This document shows positions 41,934 to 49,245 of a stretch of 49,245 nt of DNA, piece after piece. Source of the DNA: Candidatus Daviesbacteria bacterium. Its GTDB lineage: Bacteria; Patescibacteriota; Microgenomatia; Daviesbacterales; UBA10151. The position numbers and the translations under genes are program-made. A model generated the notes under the pieces. The model worked only from the letters and a program-made list of their open reading frames with translations, did not search any database and had not been told where the DNA came from. The stretch is taken from positions 1 through 49,245 of the forward strand of contig JAQTPP010000004.1 in NCBI GenBank assembly GCA_028712705.1. Direction: 5' to 3'. Each line of letters begins with the position of its first letter. Positions within the stretch are counted from its first letter, which is position 1.

Positions 41934-42354
41934 CAAACCGCTAATTGTAGTAGGAGATACGGATGGTTTAATTGCTATCCTGCATGAAGAAGATATCCAC
42001 CATAGAAAAGCTGTTGAAACTGTTACCAAGTTGCTTGCTCTCAGCGCCCAGACAGTCTTTCCATTAACAACTATTACAGAAACTATTACCACATTGATAC
42101 GTAAACTTAATAAACCTGATTTGGCTGCCCTGGTTGTAAGACAAATAACGAGCGGAGCATTAACAATTGAAAATACCGACACTGGTATACTGAACGAAGC
42201 CTTAAAAGTATTTGACCCAAAAAGCAGTAAGAAAAAGACAATCTTTGATGCAATGGTTGTAGCATGCGCTAAGAAGTTAGATACCAATGTTATTTTTTCG
42301 GCGGATGACTGGTATACTAAGCTCGGTTTTACTCTGGCAATAAATTTAAAATAA
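41914..42354 (+). CDS. vapC: PIN-domain toxin VapC
   Basis: LIVVGDTDGLIA (first Asp), further acidic positions, and FSADD near the C-terminus. 20-nt overlap with the antitoxin. Confidence 0.8.
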   Translation: MNILGTSKPLIVVGDTDGLIAILHEEDIHHRKAVETVTKLLALSAQTVFPLTTITETITTLIRKLNKPDLAALVVRQITSGALTIENTDTGILNEALKVFDPKSSKKKTIFDAMVVACAKKLDTNVIFSADDWYTKLGFTLAINLK

Positions 42355-42365
42355 CCTCATTTTCA

Positions 42366-42399
42366 TCAGGATTTTATCAGTTTTTAATCAAGCACAGAA
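42366..42399. repeat. Conserved ~35-nt sequence downstream of the second PIN gene (copy 2)
   Basis: See 41454-41487. Confidence 0.7.
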
Positions 42400-42456
42400 T
42401 TGGTTGATGGTTTATCGTAATGCTAATCACTCTTCGTATATCGAATATTAAATTTC

Positions 42457-42484
42457 CGATTAACGATAAACGATAAGCGATAAA
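42457..42484. repeat. Heptamer array (CGATTAA/CGATAAA/CGATAAG/CGATAAA) upstream of the giant ORF promoter
   Basis: Four consecutive units read directly. Same unit family as tsaD 15875-15909 and 8047-8074. Confidence 0.75.
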
Positions 42485-42500
42485 CAAATTTAGAAAGGAT

Positions 42501-42530
42501 TTGACAGCTAAGTTACCAAAGCCCTAAACT
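42501..42530 (+). promoter_or_regulatory. Candidate promoter of the 1284-aa ORF
   Basis: TTGACA (42501-06), 18 nt, then TAAACT (42525-30). The -10 is weak. Confidence 0.35.
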
Positions 42531-42573
42531 GGAGTGAGTCCATAGGTTTTGGAAAGCTTATCTAAACCAAACT

Positions 42574-45500
42574 ATGGCAATAGAAAGAAATATGACAGAG
42601 ACAACAGAAGTAACATCAGAAGCAGGGGGACCAAGGACGTTATATGTAACAGATTATAGCGGGAACGTTAGAGAACGACGCTTGGTAGGTCAACCAGGTT
42701 ATGAGGCCCTCGGACCAATAAGCCGACCTGAGGGAACTGAACGTCCTCGCCCAGTGGAACGTCGTGAAATGCCCCCTTCCCATTTTAAAACAGTTATAGA
42801 TGAAATCAGGAGGTTGGAGTACCAGCCTCCATCCCCAGACAGAGATACCAGATTAGAGAATGCTAGAAATGAAAGAAATAGACTTCTTCAAGAAGCAAAT
42901 GAACGTGGGATATTTGATGCTCCAAAAGGAGAATTATTTGACCTTTATTACGATTCCAGAGTCAAGGTAGACCGGGATGAGAAATTTGGAACCAAAGAAT
43001 ACAGAAGAAGAGTTGGGCCGAATGCGCCGGGAAGGTTAGAACTCTTAAGAGGCTTAGAACAGAGAGCAGGGATAGAATCCTGGGAAGGTAATTGGATTGA
43101 TGAAGATCGGCGTATTCAAGGTTTTTGGCAAGATTCTGATAGAGCAGGTTTATATGCAACATATGGAGGCGCAGCGGATTACTTTTATGAAGAAAGTTTA
43201 AAGATGATTAGGGCGGCAGCGATTAACAGGAATATGTTTCAAAGAGAGGGTTTGGAAGCAGTTGGTAGAAAATATCATTTGATAAGTGACGAGCATTATC
43301 AAAATAATGGGTTAACTACTATGGATTCAGATGGTTATAGTATTTGGAATTATACGTGGGAATCAGATCATGAAAGAACGTATTACCTAAGAAATTTTGA
43401 AGATATTAGAGATGCTGTTGAGCACGAAAGGAGAAAAAAATATTTTATTCCCAATACTGGAGATTATGAATCATGGATTAAACTGGTGGCAGATGATGTG
43501 GAAGAAGTTGAAGAATGTATCCCCTATATTTTATCATTTATTAAATCGAAATTTGGTGTAGGAACGCCTCAAGAGATTAATCAGGAGCTTCAACAAGAAA
43601 CAACCAAAATAAAAAAAGCTCTGGAAAAGTTTGGTTATGATTTAGGCTATGAGCGTGAATTGCCTGAATATCGTGCATTTAGACGCCTTCAGTCAAGACT
43701 TGCCCATGAATTAAAGCTTTTGCAAACATATGAATTTTCCAACCTAGCATATTTAGATTGGCAACCTTATTTGGAATCTGGGGGGGATTTAGCCCGGGGT
43801 TTCCATGATACTGAATATCAGGATAGTATTCCTGATTCCATTCTTTTGGATAGAGAAGGTCTGATGATGCTGGCGCTGCAAGAATTTGAAAGAAATGACG
43901 GAGAATATTGGCGCTATGGTTCGAATAATGCGGATACTCCTAAGTATTTCAAAGAAGGAGATGCCCGTGAGTGGCAGGAAAGAAGGAAAAGTCAAATTAA
44001 AGAAACTTTAGTTAATAAAGAATTACGATCCATGTATGACTTGTTGAATATGGATAGAGATGGTCATTCGCTAGGGGATCCTAACCATCCTGCTTTTCAA
44101 AGACTGAAAGCAAAGTTTGATGAATTAGATAGAAAAGATAGAGAGTTCGATGAAAATGAAAGAAGAGCTGGAAGGTCAGGCAAGCCACTGGTAGATTTTT
44201 ACGGTAAGCCTATGACGCGTTGGGAGGAGTATTGTGAAAAGGCGCTGGCTTGGCAGAAAAATCAAACATTTACTGAAGAAATAACTGTTAAAGACAAAGA
44301 GGGACATGATGTAAAAGTAATCAGAAGAGTTCATCCGATTGGAGATGTTAGAGATTACCGTCAAAGGGTTTTATTCCAGCATCCTCTAGCAAGAGCCTTA
44401 ACAGAAGAAGAATTCAATCTGATGTATAAGGATGTTGATCGAAATGATCCTGCTTTTAAAAGAGGTTTGGCTGAAAAAGAACGCAGAGTTAATTCTATTG
44501 TTGGTTCTTCTGTGGATTCTGTGGGGTCTGCGGAGAGAATGGCAAGGGCATTTCAGGAAGATGCTGCTGCCGGGTTGGCAAGACATATTCTGAGTTTTGC
44601 CCAAATGCGTACCATAGGTCTGATCCCGCCGGGCACACCTACAACATTTACTTTTGATGCAGAAGGATTTCCAATGGATCAGAATGGCCAGCGTATTTCT
44701 CGGGAAATATTGCATTATGCTATAGACCTTGATGGAAAACCAATACGGGAAAATAACCAGCTGGTACCGGAAGCTGTGCCACACAATGTCTTACTTAAAC
44801 ACCTTTGCCAACTGGCTATGAATCATGATTGGCAAGGAGTAGAAAATAATCCTGATAAGCAGAGAAGAATGAGATTTAAATTAACTTATGTATTAAAGAA
44901 AATAGGGATACCTCGCTCTTTACCTCTTTTCTCAAACTGGTACTTAGGGGCGCATGATACCAAAAGACCGAATTGGCTGGCTGATATAGAACGGGAATTA
45001 CCGGGGTTTAAGCAACTCATGATTGATAAAGGTAAGGTTAGGGCGCTTGATTCTGATGATGAATTTGGCGGAGATGAAAAAACTGTATTGACAAGAGTAG
45101 TAGAAGACGAAAGAGAGTTTGTCGAGATGATGGAGGTATATATTAGAGATCAATTCTCTTCTTATTTTAACTATCCTGGTCATGATACTAGAGGTGGAGG
45201 AAATAAAGAGGCTAGGAATTTGTTCTTATTGCCGTATGGCCAGTCCAGAGGTACTGTGGAAATGAATGCTATGATACCCCACATCTGGTTGGGAGAAACA
45301 GATTTTTTGAGCGCTTATGGTTGTTCCAACTGGCGTGAATTTATGGGTCTTTATAAACTTTCTGATGAAGTAAATTATAAAGAAAAAGGTAGCCTTTTCG
45401 AAACCCCCAGGGATGCAGAGTATTGGTTTAGAAGAGTGGGAGCTATTATTGAACAGCAAAGATTGTGGATTAGCGATACTGACAAAAATAAAGCAGTTTT

Positions 45501-46428
45501 AAATAGTGGTTGGGGTTCAGGGTTTTTCCTGTGGCGAGCTCTCAATCGAGTAGCGAGTTTCGTTCATCTTGAAAAAGAACATGAAATTAAAGACTCAGAA
45601 GGGCATAGTATTCGAGTAGATCAATTTACCACGATAACTGATCCTGATGCAGCTTACAAACAATTAGATCAGCAAACTTATGAAAATTATGTGAAGCTTG
45701 CTTTCCAGTTTTTAACGCCATTGATAGCTATTTTTGAGGCCAGACAAAAACTGGAAAATGTTTATGGTAGAAGCCCCGGCACAGCCAAGATTTTAAATAC
45801 TATGACCATGCAAGCACTTTTCAGGTGGATGGACACTAATTATGAGGAATTCAGAGGTAAATACGGTAATGCATTGGATGTAAATTTGCATATGGCGAGA
45901 AAGTTTATCCATACAGCTTTATACGAAACAAGAATGATTTTCTCTGATGATGAAATGGATCAGAGAATGTTAGGTTATACAATACCACAGGCAGAATGGG
46001 AACGAATTCAAACTACAAACTGGAGCAATATGGCGGAAGAAGAAAAAGTAGAATTTAAACCTATTACAAAGAAGATTAGATATAAAGTAAATGATCAGGG
46101 AGAAACACTGGATTACAGTAAAGATGGAAATGGTAGGGTGGTTTTTAATGACAGAGTAGTAGCAGGAGAAAGGGTTCATGGTCTTTTAGATGCATTCCCT
46201 CCTGCCCTCCAAAAGATTATCTTGGAAAGACATAATAATTCTGATAGAAGTTGGATTTTACCGATGGGTATAAATTCAGAATATCCTGAAACGTTAGGAG
46301 TTATCAAACAATTGAGAAAACGCGGCGAACATCCTGGCATGAGTAAAATCTATATGGGTTTACTTGAACAACTACAGTTTAGAAGACAGACTCGTCAAAG
46401 AACACCTGTAACACGAGTTGCAGCATAG
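42574..46428 (+). CDS. Giant hydrophilic orphan protein (1284 aa)
   Basis: Uninterrupted 3.85-kb ORF. Rich in R/E/D/K/W/Y with no TM segment or signal peptide. I could not find any Walker, nuclease, protease, relaxase or repeat motif. Confidence 0.7.
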   Translation: MAIERNMTETTEVTSEAGGPRTLYVTDYSGNVRERRLVGQPGYEALGPISRPEGTERPRPVERREMPPSHFKTVIDEIRRLEYQPPSPDRDTRLENARNERNRLLQEANERGIFDAPKGELFDLYYDSRVKVDRDEKFGTKEYRRRVGPNAPGRLELLRGLEQRAGIESWEGNWIDEDRRIQGFWQDSDRAGLYATYGGAADYFYEESLKMIRAAAINRNMFQREGLEAVGRKYHLISDEHYQNNGLTTMDSDGYSIWNYTWESDHERTYYLRNFEDIRDAVEHERRKKYFIPNTGDYESWIKLVADDVEEVEECIPYILSFIKSKFGVGTPQEINQELQQETTKIKKALEKFGYDLGYERELPEYRAFRRLQSRLAHELKLLQTYEFSNLAYLDWQPYLESGGDLARGFHDTEYQDSIPDSILLDREGLMMLALQEFERNDGEYWRYGSNNADTPKYFKEGDAREWQERRKSQIKETLVNKELRSMYDLLNMDRDGHSLGDPNHPAFQRLKAKFDELDRKDREFDENERRAGRSGKPLVDFYGKPMTRWEEYCEKALAWQKNQTFTEEITVKDKEGHDVKVIRRVHPIGDVRDYRQRVLFQHPLARALTEEEFNLMYKDVDRNDPAFKRGLAEKERRVNSIVGSSVDSVGSAERMARAFQEDAAAGLARHILSFAQMRTIGLIPPGTPTTFTFDAEGFPMDQNGQRISREILHYAIDLDGKPIRENNQLVPEAVPHNVLLKHLCQLAMNHDWQGVENNPDKQRRMRFKLTYVLKKIGIPRSLPLFSNWYLGAHDTKRPNWLADIERELPGFKQLMIDKGKVRALDSDDEFGGDEKTVLTRVVEDEREFVEMMEVYIRDQFSSYFNYPGHDTRGGGNKEARNLFLLPYGQSRGTVEMNAMIPHIWLGETDFLSAYGCSNWREFMGLYKLSDEVNYKEKGSLFETPRDAEYWFRRVGAIIEQQRLWISDTDKNKAVLNSGWGSGFFLWRALNRVASFVHLEKEHEIKDSEGHSIRVDQFTTITDPDAAYKQLDQQTYENYVKLAFQFLTPLIAIFEARQKLENVYGRSPGTAKILNTMTMQALFRWMDTNYEEFRGKYGNALDVNLHMARKFIHTALYETRMIFSDDEMDQRMLGYTIPQAEWERIQTTNWSNMAEEEKVEFKPITKKIRYKVNDQGETLDYSKDGNGRVVFNDRVVAGERVHGLLDAFPPALQKIILERHNNSDRSWILPMGINSEYPETLGVIKQLRKRGEHPGMSKIYMGLLEQLQFRRQTRQRTPVTRVAA

Positions 46429-46435
46429 CGAATAA

Positions 46436-48265
46436 TTATTGCAGTCCTTCTTCGGCAGAAGGTGTTTGAGCTCCTCCTTTTTCCACTGGAAGCTCTTTTT
46501 TATAGTTAAAGAATCCGGCTTTGGTTAATCCAGGATAGTACTTACCCGTTGTTGGATTATAGAGCATCCCACGTTCACCTAAAAGACTTTGTTGGGCAGC
46601 TTGTCCATATCCAACTCCTGCCATATAAGTTCGTCGGGCATAACCTTGACCTTGTCCAAAACCACCCATTATTTCTTGTCCAATCATTTGTCCAGCTTGG
46701 CCTCCTTTACCAATATTTCTTATAATTATATCAGGAATACTGGGTAATGCCATCAATGCTCCAAAAGCCAGCAATATTTTGATAAACCCCAGATCTAATC
46801 CTCCAAATAAAGGGAAAGTAGCGTTACTTGTAATATTAATCCCACTTTGGGCATATACCGGTGAAATAAAATCTCCGTTAGTCTTTTCATTTAAGCTGAT
46901 AACTTTAAATGGACATTTGTTTGGATCTTTGTCAGGGCAATGTGCTGGGGCGTACTCGGATCCTAGGAGAAAGACGACAAAATACATAACTGCTACAACA
47001 GCCGGAAATATTAAAATATTCCCCAGCATATTTAACATCCACCCCGTTGCTATTCCCTGCCTTCCAGGTAAGGAGGCAAAAAGAAACTGGAATGGTGCGC
47101 TGATTGTTAAGAAAATAATAGTCAGCCAAGCCATAATTAAACGCAACAACAGTTTAATCATTTGATAAGTTAGGGCCAGAGCAGCAGCAAAACTAAGAAA
47201 GTAGCCTAAAAGAAACGGAAGACCAATATTTGCTAGTGCTCCGATTCCCAAACTGGCCAATGGCCCGATCAAGAGACCGAAAGGTGGCGGAATGATTCCT
47301 GCAAAAGGCATAACAAATTGAGCAGTCAGCCAAAAGACTACGATTCTAATAGGCGTTAAAGCATCCCCTAATTTACTGAGAATACTATTTGCAACATTTT
47401 CTGCTCTTTCGCGTGTGACAATTCCTGTCAAAGGCGCCATTATGCTTAATATATTATCTCCGGAGAGTTTTTGGGTAAGATCAAGTTGTTCTTTAAATGC
47501 AGTATCATCCAATTTTCCTTGTGCTGCTACAAAATAAAATCCCACCACATTTGTTCCCACAAAAGCCATATCAGAAATCAGTCCTGCCAAGAAATAACTA
47601 AAAGTAATCATGATTAAACCAATTACCAAACCCGGTAAAGCTGTCTGGGCAGTGATGACTGTTTGGGGGTTTATTTTATTCCTAAACATGATCATCAGCC
47701 CAATCACCACAAAAATAATGATCATGATGACATATGAAATATTTCTTGACACTTGCCATAAACTGATAATGGGTTTTAGCACATTGGCTCCGGATCCGGT
47801 TACTCCCTGGGCATGAACCTCTTTAACTATTCCCAGACCTTCTCCCACGCTGGCCAGATAATCAGCAGTTCGGACAGGCGGATTCATATATAAAGCTCCT
47901 ATTACCGAAGTAACAGCGCCTAAAGTTCCTCCGGATAAATTAACTGAAGACAGTACAGGTACGCTTTGAATTACCCCCTGGGTATTTTTGGTAACTTGGT
48001 AAGTTAAACACGGCTGGCCAATTACAGATTGACCCACAGCCAGACAACTGAAAGTATGGAACATATTATTTACCAAAAGATCAGTATAAAGAGGAGAGGT
48101 GGGGGGAATAGTAGGAGGTAAAGAGGTTGTAGGTTGTAGGTTGTAGGTTGTAGTTGCAGAGGCGCTTGAGCTAGGGAGAGAAGATACAGCCAGTGCAGAG
48201 AGAGGTGCTAAAAATAAACTAATAACTAATAACGAACAACTAACAACTAACTTCCAGGCAGTCAT
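46436..48265 (-). CDS. VirB6/TrbL-like polytopic T4SS membrane protein
   Basis: 609 aa. Signal peptide, an extracytoplasmic region, at least 6 TM helices and a Gly/Gln-rich tail. Located next to the pilin genes. The N-terminus is built from heptamer repeats. Confidence 0.6.
   Translation of the reverse strand: MTAWKLVVSCSLLVISLFLAPLSALAVSSLPSSSASATTTYNLQPTTSLPPTIPPTSPLYTDLLVNNMFHTFSCLAVGQSVIGQPCLTYQVTKNTQGVIQSVPVLSSVNLSGGTLGAVTSVIGALYMNPPVRTADYLASVGEGLGIVKEVHAQGVTGSGANVLKPIISLWQVSRNISYVIMIIIFVVIGLMIMFRNKINPQTVITAQTALPGLVIGLIMITFSYFLAGLISDMAFVGTNVVGFYFVAAQGKLDDTAFKEQLDLTQKLSGDNILSIMAPLTGIVTRERAENVANSILSKLGDALTPIRIVVFWLTAQFVMPFAGIIPPPFGLLIGPLASLGIGALANIGLPFLLGYFLSFAAALALTYQMIKLLLRLIMAWLTIIFLTISAPFQFLFASLPGRQGIATGWMLNMLGNILIFPAVVAVMYFVVFLLGSEYAPAHCPDKDPNKCPFKVISLNEKTNGDFISPVYAQSGINITSNATFPLFGGLDLGFIKILLAFGALMALPSIPDIIIRNIGKGGQAGQMIGQEIMGGFGQGQGYARRTYMAGVGYGQAAQQSLLGERGMLYNPTTGKYYPGLTKAGFFNYKKELPVEKGGAQTPSAEEGLQ
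48124..48158. repeat. Heptamer array (AGGTTGT) x4 plus a degenerate unit inside the VirB6-like gene
   Basis: Read directly. Encodes TTTYNLQPTTS on the minus strand. Confidence 0.85.
48214..48252. repeat. Heptamer array (AATAACT/AATAACG/AACAACT) x5 forming the signal-peptide coding region of the VirB6-like gene
   Basis: Read directly. Encodes VVSCSLLVISLFL on the minus strand. Confidence 0.8.
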
Positions 48266-48304
48266 ACTTTAACAGTAAAACAAATCATCCCTGTTTTGCA
48301 AGTT

Positions 48305-48661
48305 TTAAGGGGTAGGCGATGGGCTGCAAAACGGAAAATTTGCTTGCGGGTCACCACACAAACTTTTAATATTAAATACTGTTACTGGTAATCCGGTAAA
48401 GCTGGCAATAAGCTGCAAAATTAGCCAGGCAATAGCCATAAAAACAATTCCTAAAATTGCCCAGGCAAATGTTAGACGGGCAACTTCCACAGCTTTGGGG
48501 TCTCCGCCGGAAAAAAGGAACTTAAACCCCGACCAAATTAACATCACCAGCATGGCAATAAGTCCAAGACCTACAATAACGGAAATAACATTACGGATAA
48601 CTCCTTCAATTTCTGCTAAACCTGCAGGGTCTGGTGAATTCATACACTTTAAACTTATCAC
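48305..48661 (-). CDS. TrbC/VirB2-like T4SS pilin (second copy, no obvious cleavable signal)
   Basis: Two TM helices flank LIWSGFKFLFSGGDPKAVEVARLTFAWAILGIV, the same core as the neighbouring pilin. GTG start. An alternative ATG is at 48643. Confidence 0.6.
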   Translation of the reverse strand: MISLKCMNSPDPAGLAEIEGVIRNVISVIVGLGLIAMLVMLIWSGFKFLFSGGDPKAVEVARLTFAWAILGIVFMAIAWLILQLIASFTGLPVTVFNIKSLCGDPQANFPFCSPSPTP

Positions 48662-48691
48662 GAATATCTTTGCAGATCAAACCTTAGAAGT

Positions 48692-49075
48692 TTATTTTGG
48701 AGGCGGTGTTGGGATAGGCAGACCGCTTGTGATATCGGGGAAACCTAAAATTTGAGCACCAACAGTTGCTAAAGCAAAGGCTATTGCCAAAACAGCTAAA
48801 CCTATGAGAGCATTGAGAATTCTGTTTCTGGCCTTACCTACAGCTTCTTTATCGCCTCCGGATACAATCCATTCAAAAGCCCCCCAGATAAGCATAACCA
48901 AAACTGTCAGGATAGCAACGCTAAAAGCAATAGTGATTAGATTAGTAACAAAGCCGCCAAGGCTTTTATAACCGTACGGGGGAGGACTGATATTTATCTT
49001 TTCGTCTGCAGCAAATGTCAGTACGGGCATTGATAAAGCAGTGATAGTAGAGGCCAAAGCTATTATTTTTTTCAT
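48692..49075 (-). CDS. TrbC/VirB2-like T4SS pilin with signal peptide
   Basis: Signal peptide MKKIIALASTITALSMPVLTFA, then two TM helices flanking LIWGAFEWIVSGGDKEAVGKARNRILNALIGLAV. Confidence 0.7.
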   Translation of the reverse strand: MKKIIALASTITALSMPVLTFAADEKINISPPPYGYKSLGGFVTNLITIAFSVAILTVLVMLIWGAFEWIVSGGDKEAVGKARNRILNALIGLAVLAIAFALATVGAQILGFPDITSGLPIPTPPPK

Positions 49076-49131
49076 CTACAATTTATTTTAGTCACACAAA
49101 AATTTATTTGTCAAGCGGTTGTGTAGGACCC

Positions 49132-49245
49132 CTAGATAACGTACACTTCTCCTTTCTGTAATTGCAGGTAATTTGTAACATATTCAGATGGAGTTTTGTA
49201 ATGTAGGGCATGGTGGAATCTTCTGTTGTTGTATTTGTCATTAAA
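49132..49245 (-). mobile_element. 3' end of a second, unrelated DDE transposase/integrase gene, cut by the window edge
   Basis: The minus strand reads FNDKYNNRRFHHALHYKTPSEYVTNYLQLQKGEVYVI then a stop (49132-49134). Y-N-x-x-R-x-H-x-A-L-x-x-x-TP-x-E is the rve-core tail. Confidence 0.6.

Noticed and set aside
41898-42287. 129-aa ORF on the minus strand
   Set aside because: Antisense to vapC, which has clear PIN motifs and an overlapping antitoxin.
1-49245. The whole window as a composite transposon bounded by the two IS fragments
   Set aside because: The two transposase tails are unrelated, and the interior holds the origin region and essential genes (dnaA, dnaN, valS, murB, tsaD).

Overview
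This is a low-GC, gene-dense bacterial chromosome segment that reads in the standard genetic code (TGA is used as a stop). The gene content points to a reduced-genome CPR/Patescibacteria-type organism, which is an inference: short ValRS, YidC and MurB forms, an epimerase-DUF4012 fusion, T4SS-pilin-type small proteins, and peptide-forming short tandem repeats. The window spans the replication-origin neighbourhood (jag-yidC-yidD-rnpA-rpmH on the minus strand, then dnaA, a DnaA-box cluster, a small nuclease gene and dnaN on the plus strand). It also holds housekeeping genes (murB, ahcY plus a PfkB kinase, tsaD, valS, rplY, rnhA) and a cell-envelope glycan cluster (epimerase-DUF4012, Wzx-like, Wzy/O-antigen-ligase-like, SemiSWEET). 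Five type II toxin-antitoxin pairs are present. A small defence-like island (10.3-15.7 kb) contains an OLD-family ATPase/Toprim nuclease coupled to a Cas4-like nuclease. A type-IV-secretion-like locus (two pilins, VirB6-like, PrgI/VirB3-like, VirB4, SLT+M23 wall hydrolase) is split by a 7-kb opposite-strand block. That block carries a cobalamin riboswitch in front of an uncharacterised Cys-rich protein, two PIN toxin-antitoxin cassettes and a 1284-aa orphan protein. Both window edges cut through 3' ends of unrelated DDE transposase genes. At the nucleotide level the most striking features are: (i) small palindromic MITE/RPE-like elements apparently inserted in frame in essential genes (murB, valS, tsaD, PfkB kinase); (ii) heptanucleotide tandem arrays both between genes and inside ORFs; (iii) 35-50 nt imperfect direct repeats bracketing three small accessory cassettes. 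I saw no rRNA, tRNA or CRISPR array by eye. All function calls rest on recognised motifs, not on database searches.
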